A DNA stretch of 64,000 bases from Dipteris shenzhenensis. Lineage: Eukaryota. Both the position numbers and the translations under genes were made by a program. Location of the stretch: the NCBI GenBank assembly GCA_047967505.1, contig CM106538.1; one strand, written 5' to 3'. Positions 13,301-25,400 of the stretch are shown one piece after another; within the stretch, counting starts at the first letter, position 1, and each line of letters begins with the position of its first letter. The notes beneath the pieces were generated by a model that saw nothing but the letters and a program-made list of their open reading frames with translations, was not told the DNA's origin and made no database searches.

Positions 13301-14840
13301 CTCATATGGCGCCTACAGGACTTGGGTTATGAACAAGAGATCATTTGGGCTGTCATGGCACTTTACGAGAGAGTTTTTGGTAGAGTTCGGGCAGGATCCG
13401 GGTGGACAGACGAGATCATAAGTACCATCGGGGTCAAACAAGGGTGTCCTTTGTCGCCTACCTTGTTTGGCCTCTACATTGATGAGCTTGAGACAATGAT
13501 GCAAACACAGGGGGGTGTAGGTTGCTCTCTTGTGGGCACGTTGATCAAGATTTTGCTCTATGCAGATGACGTGGCTCTCTTATCTTCCTCAGCAGAGGGG
13601 CTTCAGAGACACCTAGACACACTACAGTCCTTTTGTGAGTCTCATGATTTGAAGGTCAACCTGGGTAAAACCAAGGTCATGATCTTCAATACATCTCGAG
13701 CCATCATGCGTCAGCAGCAGTTCACATTTGCGGGGTTATCTGTTGAGATAGTTTCATCATACACTTATCTTGGGGTTATCTTCTTCGGACGAAGCTTCAC
13801 TATGAGACCCGCGATGCAGGCACGCTTGAGTAGAGGGTATGCCTCATTGGCCAGGCTAGAGAGGCAGTGCTTCCGCTCACACTTTCAGGATCCATGCACT
13901 AAGGGGTTGCTTTTTGACTCCTTGGCTCGCCCAGCGGGGATTTACGGCAGCCCTTGTTGGGGGCCAGACTTGTCGAATACAGAGTGGGCCCGTGTGGAGC
14001 GGCTACAAGTTCTCATGCTATCACGGATGATTTGTGGTAAGTCATCCGTTTCTCACCAGATCATTCAGGCTGAGTTTGGGTCACCCCCTTTACAGCTAGA
14101 TGTTGCATTTCAGGTCATCACATATTTGTACCGAGTTAGGGAATATGGGGATGATACCTCGGGGCATAGCAGGCTACCATGGATAGCTCTATCCTCTTCT
14201 ATGGCACTTGCAGCAAGAGGAGATCAGAGGTGATGGTATGCACGTACAGAGAGATGGTTTGAGCGATTGGGGCTCCACATGGATAGACTACCTCCCTTTC
14301 AGTATAGCATGGAGGCTCCGTTCTCTCCCCTCTTATCACACGAGGTCAACCTGGTTATCCGTAAGGATCTACTACAGCTACACACTTTTCGGACCTGGTT
14401 GGAACCGAGTGAACTCCCAGTGAAGCTTAGCTTCTACAGAGATCACTTCTTACATATCACAGCGGAGGGTTTCATTGACCCACCAAGATACACACAGATT
14501 CACCTACCCCACTCGATGAGGATCTCTCTTGGGCAGTTTCGGGTCTCTTCACACAGACTTCACATCGAGAGCGGCAGAGCAGAGCGACTATCTATGGAGC
14601 GGCGCTTATGCACACTATGTGACATACAGGAGGTTGAGACACAGGAGCATTTCATCTCGAGGTGTCCTGTGTACAATGAGATCCGAGGAGTTATGGGATT
14701 TTAGCCCATTTCCTCTCCTACCGAGACCAGCGGTGTTTGGATGGGTAGGGGAGTCCGTTTGGTGGCCCCACCCTTGCCTTTCGTTGTATCTGGTTTTTTT
14801 AATCTCATAGATGTGAATAAACTTTCTTTCTCTCTCTCTT
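10390..14840 (+). mobile_element. Near full-length RTE-X-like LINE (ORF1, then EN-RT-zinc finger ORF2, then (TTTC)n tail), disrupted
   Basis: ORF1 NIRVRGIP..IERAWRVG..DEDLTPLQ; EN from about 11285 (IWNCNG..., GSSVVDYI, ADH); [28 protein letters not shown]-terminal QFRVSSHRL..CTLC..EHF..CPVY; tail aataaactttctttc. The clade assignment is inferred from motif resemblance. Confidence 0.85.
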
Positions 14841-17459
14841 GCACCCTCTTCACAACCCAGGGAGTCACCCACGCAGCGCTTAAGCTTCACAATGGCTGAG
14901 CTAAGGATCATGAGGGCCTATGCACAGAGTTTGTTGCCTATGGCATCAAAACTCTAGCCCCCATCCTGGCAACGCTGTTCAATGAAGCTGTCTGCCACGG
15001 GTTCCCCAGAGCCTGGACCCTGAACACTATCACACCCATCCACAAAGCAGGAGATCCCATGGATCCAGGGAATTACAGGACCATCATGATTGGACATGTT
15101 ATGTCTTAAGATCTATGCATCAGTGTTAGATGGCGAGGTCAGTGGTCGCGCAGAGGTATAGGGGCTCAGGGCATCCGGACAGGCCCGTTTCAGGGCGGAT
15201 CACTTGACTTACGATCACATTTTTACATTAGAGGGATCATTGAGAAGGCCAGACACAAGAGACAGAGAGTATATTGTTGCTTTGTGGATTTTTACAAGGC
15301 ATTCGATACCGTTCCCCGTGCCCGACTCATCAGACGCCTGCAGGAGTTAGGCTACGACTCGGAGGTTATCTGGGCAGTAGTAGCTCTCTATGAGCGGGTG
15401 ACGGGCCAGGTCAGGATTGGCACCAGCTGGACCCCAGAGATCACGAGTACTATCGAAGTCAAACAAGGATGTCCCTTGTCACCGACTCTATTTGGCGTCT
15501 ACATCGACGAGCTCGAGACCACCATCAGGACACTCGGAGGTGCAGGCTACTCTCTTGCGGAGGCTGTCATCTAGATTCTCCTATACGCAGACGATGTAGT
15601 ACTACTATCCTCTTCTGCTACTGGTCTTCAGCAACACCTGGATGGACTTCAGGTCTTCTGTGATACACATGACTTGAAGGTCAACCTTGGGAAAACCAAG
15701 GTGATGATCTTCAACACTTCCATACCCGCTATGCACCGAGAGTAGTTCCTCTTCGCCGGCAACCCTGTTGAGATAGTTGACTCTTACACATACTTGGGCG
15801 TTGTCTTCTTAGGCCCGATCTTCATGATGCGCCCGGCCATGCAGGTCAGGATCAGCTGGGGCTACGCCGCTCTTGCCAGGCTGGAGCAATAGTGCTACCA
15901 CTCCCACTTCCAGGACCCGCGGACCAAGTCTCTCCTTTTTGATTCTTTGGTCCGCCCAGCAGGCATGTACGATAGCCCGTGGTGGGGAGCCGACCTTTCA
16001 GACACAGAGTGGGCTTGAGTCGAGCGCCCACAGATACTGATGTTTGCTCGGATGATCCGCAGCAAACCATCGGTACCACACCAGATCATTCTAGCAGAGT
16101 TCGGCGCCTCACCCCTACAGCTCGATGCGGCTTTCCAGGCTATCACTTAGTCAGGGATTTCAGCTCCTCCTCCGACGGTCGCCTCCGCCTACCTTGGCTA
16201 GCCCTATCCTCCTCTATGGCCTTATCCATTGATGGGGACCAGCGATGCTGATATAGTTGTCTTTCCAGTTGGTTCACCCGACTGGGCCTTGACTTAGACC
16301 GGTTGCCTCCTTTTCAGTACAGCCTTGACGCTCCACCATCTCCCATCTCCCCCACTGATTAGGAGGTCAACCGGCTCATTCGAGCGGATCTGCTCCAGCT
16401 CCATACCTGGTGGACATGGTTTCTTCACCCCGAGCTTCCTGTGACGCTCGACTTCTACCGCCGACACTGCCTCTAGATCTCACAGGAGGGCTTCATCACA
16501 CCTCCGGGTTACACACAGCTTCATCTACCACATGCGCTCCGAATCTCCCTCGGTCAGTTTAGGGTTTCGTCACACCGATTACGGATCAAGAGCGGACGCG
16601 CAGAGGGTATCCCATGAGAGGGCCGCCTTTGCCCACTCTGCGACTTGTAGGAGATCGAGTCGGAGGAGCACTTTGCTTTCAGATGTCCTATCTATTATGC
16701 CATTCGAGGCCGGTACCACTGCCTCTTCCGCGACGGATTCGGTCCCCTCCCACACATGTTGGAGTTCCCGGAGCAGCGATGCCTAGCCGCTTTCTTACAT
16801 GAGATGACTCGCCACCGAGATACCTCTCTCCGAGCACGGCGACACGCGCAGCACACACAACGTGAGGACACCCAATGGCCCATCACTGATTTCTTCTAGT
16901 CACAGGATACCTCTCCTCAATCTAGCTGACGATGCAGACGTGAGCGAGAGCCAGAGCCACGACAGCTGCGCTAGCAGACAGACTCACACATCCGGGTCCA
17001 TGACATCTCGTCTCTGCTCTCTGCCTGCCCCACCGGGGTTACCGTTGCCCTCATCCACAGGGCCACCCGTCGCCCCCGACGACCGAGCTCGACTAGGCCG
17101 CATGACGTCAGAGGCCAATCATCTATTGCAAGGTTTTTTCCGGCCTCCCATTTGACGGCCCCTCTATGATTGGTCTCTGACGATCACCACCTACATATAT
17201 ATATTGTATCTCCCCCCTCTCCTCCATTTTTGGTGCCCCCCCCTTCGTTTTTGTATCATCTGGAGGTAGACACATATTTTTTGTATCAGGACTAGACACA
17301 CCGTCCTTCATAACCTCTTTTTTGTAGAAACGGTTGGCTGGCCCGTTTTGAGACCGCCACCGTTATGCTCATTGTATCAGTTATCTTTAGTCTCATAGAC
17401 CTTCACGGTCTCCCGAAGACTTTAATAAACTTTCTTTCTTCTTTCTTTCTCTCTCTCAT
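14841..17459 (+). mobile_element. 5'-truncated RTE-X-like LINE copy (RT to 3' tail), many stops
   Basis: Homologous to 12570-14690 ([28 protein letters not shown]). Ends with agtctcatagacc..gaagactttaataaac(tttc)n at 17389-17459. Confidence 0.9.
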
Positions 17460-19179
17460 AGAGGACCGTGCTGCCCTAATTAGTCGCATACTCCACGAGG
17501 CTGCCCTCCAAGTCTTTCCCCACACCACATGGTCCACTAGACCACCACCTCTTGGTTCTGTACCCTGCAACAACTGGTACGATGCGGAGTGCAAGGCTTC
17601 TCGTCGACAACTCCGACTTGAAACTAGATGTCATCTCCCGAACACACCAGACACGGTACATAAGTACTGACGTCTCGTACGTCAGAAGAAGCAGGCATTT
17701 CTTCGTCGAAATGAGGAGGAGGTGCTGAACATCTTGTACAGCAACAACTTTGAGAAATTTTGGCGGAGATTCCTTGAGCGTAGGTCTCCATCACCCCTCA
17801 CTGACACAAGAGTTTGACACACATATGCACGCCATCTTTATGATGTCCTACACCAGCCTACTCCAGATCTCACACACACCTCGCTCCACCACTTGCACGT
17901 TGTTCACCAGATGGGGACCATCACATATCTACACCAGGTTAGATCATAGGGGGATTGCACATCAGGGAGACAGAGGTTGCCATGGTTGGCTCTCGATTCC
18001 TCCATGAGGTTGGCAACAGAGGGAGACGAGCGAGGCTGGTATGCACGGACTCACAGATGGTTTGTGAGACTGGGGTTTCACATCGATAGGATACCTCCTT
18101 TTCAGTACAGTTTGGATGCCCCCCCCGGTACTCCCACCCACCATTCCGATCGGGCCACACACCAACCAGGTCATTTGAGAGGATCTCCTGCAGCTACACA
18201 CCTTTAGGACCTGGTTCTAAAGGTGTGCAGCTACACACCTTTAGGAGCTTCCAGTGAAGCTGAGCTTCTACAGAGATCACTGTCTTCGTATTTCAGAGGA
18301 GGGATTCATCACACCACCGGGATACACTGAGCTACACATGCCTCACTCACTACGGATCTCCATCGGACAGTTTCGGATATCATTGCACCGCCTCCGCATA
18401 GAGAGCGGTAGAGCAAAGGGGATCACTAGGGAGCATCGCAATGCACATTGTGCGACTGTCAGGAGGTTGAGTCGGAGGAGCATTTTATTTTTAGGTGCCC
18501 AGTGTACTACAAGATCTGAGGTCGCTACCATTGTCTCTTCAGAGACGGCTTCGGGGCCCTTTCCATATTCCTCGCCTACCTAGATCAGAGATGCCTCGCG
18601 GCCTTCATTCACGAGGGGGTTTGACACAGAGAGTATTTTGGGGTTTGGCAACACCACCATACACCTCTCAGAGCAGGATCACAGAGTTATTCCCATCGAG
18701 TGATATTAATCATCCAGTCTCTAGCCGCAGACATCACAGAGATAGAGACCCCGACCCGACGACTGCAGCACGACACATGAGGCATCGAGGGGACACACAG
18801 ATCACTCTGGGGGACCTCCTGTCACTGTTTAGACCCGGGACACGTCCCACGGGAGTCACGGTGGCTTTGGTCTTGAGTCGAGCCTCCTACGGCACCCGTT
18901 GACAGATGCCAACATCCCATCACCAGCTATGCTCCAGCCAGGGCGACATGACATACAGAGGATTCAGCTCAGTCTTTTTCCTTTTCATTGTCACACCGAG
19001 ATGTATTTGACTATGTATGATCAGACTTAGGACTCAGCACGGGCGATGATGCTCGTTTAGTAGCTCCACCCTTATCGTGGTTTGTATTAGGTTTTCTTTC
19101 AGTCTCATAGACCCATCGGTCTTCCGAAGACTCTAATAAAATTTCTTTCTTTCTTTCTTTCTCTCTCTATCTCTCTCAT
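17460..19179 (+). mobile_element. RTE-X-like LINE copy with a large internal deletion (EN-RT linker joined to the ORF2 C-terminus)
   Basis: 17460-17910 matches 12135-12590. After about 17910 it matches the post-RT region. The tail is at 19101-19170, and tctctctcat occurs at both 17450-17459 and 19170-19179. Confidence 0.85.
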
Positions 19180-19350
19180 GCTACTATTTGAGTTATGTGA
19201 GTAACGTTTGCCATGTAAATTATGTAGAGGCATACTTAATAATTTTCTATTTATATCTATGATGATAAAATGCAAGCAGGATTTTATTTTCTTCTCTTTT
19301 GATAACCTTTAATAGTCTAAGCGGCTAATAGAGAACGTGATCTTTGTTAG

Positions 19351-19476
19351 GTCTCAAAATTTTCAGGCTGAATTCATACAGCATACAAATCATTTTCTAT
19401 TTTGTTTACATCAACCTGCAAATAGCATTGGGCTTTCTTGCTTCAACAATCTTCTCAAATATGAAAACTGCCACTG
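19351..19476 (+). CDS. ABCA: ABCA exon (transmembrane region [33 protein letters not shown])
   Basis: Acceptor ttag|gt and donor g|gtatg. Missed by the ORF track. Confidence 0.9.
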
Positions 19477-22400
19477 GTATGGACTTCTCAATATGATGTA
19501 CCTTCTTAACTAAGGAATAAAAGAATGCTTGCATTGTTCTTTTTGTGATTAATGTAAAATATTTGAAGTGTGAATTTGAATCCCAGCCTTGTTATATGTC
19601 CAAAGACGTAGGGTTTCTTATGTGAAACATGGGACTTAGTAAAGGCATTAATATTTGCAACTTGTTTGATATTAATTCCATGATAGGTTGAAGTACTTTT
19701 ATTTTTTTGGTATTTACCGTTTTGATTTTCTTTTTGCAGTTGTTGGATACATGTATGTATTTGGATCTGGGCTACTTGGCAATTTTCTTTTTGAGTTTTT
19801 TCTACAGGACAAGGGATTTAGTAGTAAGTTCTCCTCTTGAACTTTGAAATTGAATTGTTGTTTCAGTACAAGATATAGGTGGTATTTTGTGCTGTATCAT
19901 TTATGACCAAATGTAATATCTCCCCCTTTTTTTTCGGGTTCTCAGGATATTTTCATGTCTACCCTTTAAATCATGCATGTGTAATGTATAGTTCACTGCC
20001 GATATTCTAACATGAAATGCATGAAATCAACATTTCCAACTGCATTTTGAATTTTGTTTTAGTGTTGTACATACATGAGTTTTTTCTCACTTATATTATG
20101 CTTTTATAATTTCATACAATGGTTAGTAATGTGTATGATCTTTCGCAAAAGGGGGGAGACCAGCTGTTTGCAACCTGTTTGTAAGGGTTTTAGCTCATTG
20201 TCTAAGGTAACCCTGGAGCAGGTGTTATCAGCTGCTTGCAGGCCAAGCCTTGCCAAAATGCACTTGACCTTTGAGGCTCTCTCGGGACCTTCTCGTCTCC
20301 CTCCCAAATCTAGGCAAGGTGTAAACAATATCTAGTTGAACATCAACTAGGGTAGCTGTAGGTTAAGTTCATCCCTAATTTGCCCTATGCGACCTAGATA
20401 TGCCTCCCAAACATCATACTCCGGTAGGCGGGATGGGGCATTTGTACGTGGATCGGAGTGACTTGAGTGATCACCTAGTGCATCTTTCTTTCTTTCTTGT
20501 TAGCAAGAAAGTTAGATTTGGCTACAGTCCGTTCACAGTGGAGGACATGGATACGACACACCATGTTCCATGTTTTCCGGTTACACTCCGCTTCCCAGGG
20601 CTCCCCAAGGAGTATCGAGCCATCCTCCCTTCCATTGGTCGGGCATTTGGCACAGTGCTCAAGTCCCCACCAGAGTCAACTGTTGCCTTAGTTCTAGCAG
20701 ATGATGGAGTCCCATGGATCATGTTGAGAGCCCAGAGTCCCTCCCAGAGTTGATCCTTCTCGAGACCCTTGAAGGGGGCACACTTCGCTAGAGGGTGGAG
20801 ATTTCTGGGTTACCAGGCCAGTGTCTTCGGTGCAGACAGATGGGTCACCTCGCTAGAGATTGCCCCCGTGGCCTCCCGCGTGCGCCTCCCCTCCCTCCCT
20901 CGCAGAGTAGACAAAGTCAGCAGGCCCAAGTCTAGCGTCCTCTCAAGCAAGAGCAGCAGGAGTCTTAGACCCCATGGGTTACCCCTTGGAAGGGGACTGG
21001 ACCCAGGTTAAAGAGAAAAAGAAACCAAGCAAGCAGGCCTGCAAGTGCCATAGGCAGAGGGCCAATCGCAGAGAGGGACAGGGTTGACCGAGAGGCCTTG
21101 AAGGAGGAATAGTAGGAGCCACCTCCCCCAGCGGCAGGGGCCACCGCCCATCCAAATGATCCTCTAGCTTCGGAGGTTCAGCCTCCGCACCCATTGTTGC
21201 AGTAGCAGCAAGCCCCAGGAGCTTCAGATGCGGCGATGGTGGAAGTCGCAGACGCTAGCCCGACGGGGGCCACGGAGGAGCTGACGATCCAGAGCCCCGA
21301 CGAGCCTGATCAGCAGGGGGGGCCAGAGGTCGTCCTTATCCCTCCTCCTCCCCCTCCGCCTCCCCCCCCCCAGACCCCTCCCCCTCTTCCTCTTCAGTTC
21401 CCCTGCCCCCTCCAGGGTTTCCCCCTCCCCCTCCCCCCCCTCAGCCCCCCCTTCTATGGTCACTCTTCGCCCCCCTCCCTCTGTCCCCCGCGTCCCTACC
21501 CCTCCCTCTCTCGCTGTCCCCCTCTCCACTTCAGCAGCAGGTTCTTCCGCTTGACACCCTTGCCAGCAGGCAAGGGATCGATGACGCCCCGTTCTGCTTC
21601 CTCATCGCAACAACAGGTCCGTTCAGGGAGGGATCCTGAGGGACGAGGCTCGTCCTCCCGGTTAGCAGCTCCCAACCTCCAACCTAGGCATCCCTTACCG
21701 CGGGACTTTTGGAGGTTAGGACCCTGGAACTATCTGGAGATTCCGGACTCATATCCTCTACCATTGGAGGTAACGCTCATGGTCCTTCAGCCCCCGAAGG
21801 GGGGTTTGATCAGTGCAGTGGGATCTTAGACACATCCCGTTTGGAGATTTCCATTTGCCTCCACAGAATTGGAGCAGGCACACTTCTGGCCCCTCCAAAA
21901 GTGCGCGGAGCTGTTCAGGGTGGAAGCCTCCTTCATGATGAAGTGGGCACGAAAAATCGGTATTGAGTCGGTATCCACCCTAGTACGGTGCCGCACATAC
22001 ACCGACTACTCGCCCTCCAAACCCTTGGCAAAGTCACACAAGGCAGTCTTTCTGGGACAGGCACTCACTGATAGGAGAGCCTTGTTCCTGACTCCCCCGT
22101 CCTCATGAGCTGAACCATAGTGAGTTGGAATGTACACGGGCTCCATGACCATGTTCGTAGCCAGCCGCAGTATCTGATAGTCCGACGAGAGTTGCAGAGG
22201 GCAGTGATAGGGCAGGCAGTGGACATCCTTATGATTCAGGAGCACATGTTTTCATCTGCAAACATCAGACGACGCCATCACCTTCTCCCAGGGAGAGGTC
22301 CAGAGGAGTGGTCCCCCGCAATAGGACGGAGCGGAGGGGTCTGCATCTCAGTCTCACAAACTTTGGCTCCAGAGGTCTACGATCAAGGCGAGCTCATTCC

Positions 22401-25400
22401 AAGACGGGCGGTTTGGATGGGATTTCGGACGGGAGAGTCCAGGATTGGGATCCTGAACGTGTATGCCCGAACGTGTGGACAGCACCGCCCCACCTTTTGG
22501 AGGAGGTTGTAAGAGTGTCTTCCGGATGTAGACTCTTGGATGGTTGGAGGTGACTTCAATAACCTGGAGTTTGGGGAAGACAAGCAGGGTGGCGCCTCGT
22601 TCTCTGAGATGCTAGCAGTAGAGCGTAGCACCTAGGAGCAGTTCATTTTCATGATCAGTGGCAGAGACCCGTGGAGAGAGCTAGATCTCAGCAGGACACC
22701 TGGGAGCCTTCTCTTCTCCTTTGGATAGAGGAGACACGATGGATTGCTAGAGAGATTAGACCGTTTCTATGTTGGGGACTGGGCACTACACAGAGGCGGA
22801 TCTATCGGATTGTGGCAGGTACCATGATGTCAGACCTCCTGCAGGACAAGGAGATTCAGCAGGTCATGGCAGGGATTTGGGAGCAGTCAGAGATGACACC
22901 GTGTGAGGGCTAGGCTGCGTGGGTGGCCGATGCGATTCAGAGGAGCAGTGAGGAGCTGCAGGCTCACGCCCTTAGGCTTAGGAGAACCCTCCAAGAGTGT
23001 GAGCGGGATTTGAGGAGAGACATCGCCTCCATCGAGAGGCTTAGGGAGCAAGATCCAGGTTCTCAGTGGCTTAGTGACAGATTCGAGAGCGCTCGTCTCG
23101 AGCTTCAGGACACGGAGTTGCGGCGGGCTGAGTTCTCCACTCGTCTTGGGCCTGATGGGTGTAGCAGGGGGACAGGATGTTCTTTTAGACCACTGGGCCT
23201 TGATCGGCAGGCACACAGCTACGTCTCGGGGACTCATAGGGCATCATGCACATCGACCCGTAGGAGATTCTGGACATGACCACCGGTTTTTACAGCTAGC
23301 TCTTTCAGACGGAGAGGATGACCCCAGCTGGTCTTGTGGCCCAAGAGCTAGTTATGGATCACGTTCCGACAGTAGTCTCGCAGGACTTATGCAGTAGACT
23401 TGAGGAGCCTTTCACAGATGAGGAGCTCTGGGAAGCCCTCAAGGCTCTCCCGACCCAGAAGTGCCTGGGTGAGGATGGCTTGACTCTGGCCTTCTTCCGG
23501 AACTTCTGGGAGATTATCTCCACCCCTTTCCGTTTAGCTTGCCAGGAGATTTTTGACACAGGCCTTCTCCCTCATTCCTTGAGCAGGGGGTGGATTTGTT
23601 TGATCCCGAAAGGGGGAGATAGGTTAGACATCCGACAGTGGAGGCCGATCACTCTGCTTGATACTGTAGACAAGATCCTTGCCAAGGTATTGAGTTTGCG
23701 GTTATGGCCCCATCTTACCGACATCATCCATGACACATTGATTGGGTTTGTCCAGGAGTGCAGCATCCTGGACAACATCTTCATGTTCTGGGAGGCAGTG
23801 GATTGGTCCAAGGAGGAGTCACAGCTGCTAGCCGTCCTCTTGGACTTTGAGAAGACATACGACAGGGTGGAGTGGTCTTTCCTGGAGGGCACTATGAGGA
23901 GATTGGGTTTCTTAGATAGATGGGTTAGAGGAGTTTCAGCGCTATATGCAAGGAGCTCTAGTCAGATGCTTATATGCAAGGAGCTCTAGTCAGCGCAAGG
24001 AGCTCTAGTCAGAGGACACACAGGCGAGGCCTTTCCTCTCTCTCGCTCGGTCCACTAGGACTGCCCACTCGCTCCCTTTCTCTTCTTGTTTGTGAGGCTT
24101 TGGGCTACTATTTGAGATCACAGGTGGTGGGTCTCACAGGGTTGAGGCTCCCAATCAGACAGGAAGAGGAGCTACTTGACTCGGAGTTTGCAGATGACAC
24201 GGCCTTGTATGTTGAGGGCACCACAGCGAGTCTGGAGAGAGTCAGGGGCGCCCTGGCTATTTACTATGAGGCCTTGGGGGCACGGATCAATTGGACGAAA
24301 TCTATAGGTTTCTTCACAGGCTTTGAGGAGACACAGGAGATCCGTGAGTGGGGGAGTGACTTTGGCTTCAGATGGATACCACAGGGCCAGACAGCGAGAT
24401 ACCTCGGATGCTAGGTGGGTATTGACATTACAGCAAAGTAGCAGATTGCCTCGGTCCTTGAGAGTGTTCGGCGCAAGCTTTTCTATTGGAGCTCAGCCAA
24501 ACTCTCCCTAGCAGGTCGCGCCTTAGTGGCAAACCAGGTCCTTGCCATGGCCTAGTATATCGCCTCCTGCTGGTGCTTTCACAGAGGATGCATTGGGCAG
24601 CTCCGACGGTTGGTACGGAACTTCCTTTGAGTAGGTTCAGACGGCACGAGGAACACTAGGCCCGAGTAGCTTGGTAGATGGTAATCATGCCGCCAGCATT
24701 GGGAGGCTTGGGTGTCATTGATCCGAAGATGCAGAGCAGGGCCCTCTGGGCAAGTTGGTGGTTCATGGCCTCACCCCAGGTGCCGAGCCTTGGAAGCTCC
24801 TCTTACAGCAAGTGCTTGTGAGGAACACCCCATGCACTAGGGGACAGTGGCAGCCTTCACATAGATGGATCTTCTCAGAGGCCCCCCTTACGGGTAAGGG
24901 CTCCCCCTTGATGAGGAGTCTTCACAGAGCATGGCAGAGACTGGCAGTGGGTCTCATCTGTGCTCCGCCTAGATGCAGAGAGGAGTTTGAGCACCAGCCC
25001 CTTATGTGGCACTCAGAGATCAGAGATCAGGAGGGACGTATGGTCGGACAGTGGACTCACATTGGTTGGGCACAGTGGGACACTGGTCCAGCAGGGTCCT
25101 TTGGCTGTTGGAGCAGACTACCTATGGAGACAGAGGCGAGGCTTGACGCCCTAGCGCATCTGCGAGGGGCAGGGCAGTGGATGGGTGACATTGATTTAGC
25201 CATTCCTGAGTCCTGATGGGAAGGACTTCACGTTTGGAGAGACAGCATATGGTTGGGGCAGTTTTCCCGTACTGGTGTTCCCTTGAGGATGTTGATGAAG
25301 CGCGGCAACATGCACCCCGGCTTCTTCCGTGCAGGACCTGGAGGCCTACTTCAGTCACTTGCTGAGAGAGACCTCAAGATGGATGGGAGTCTTGTTGGGA

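Noticed and set aside
1-19350. Upstream ABCA exons or a second host gene
   Set aside because: No ABCA-like or other cellular coding sequence was recognised, although a very short exon could be missed by eye.
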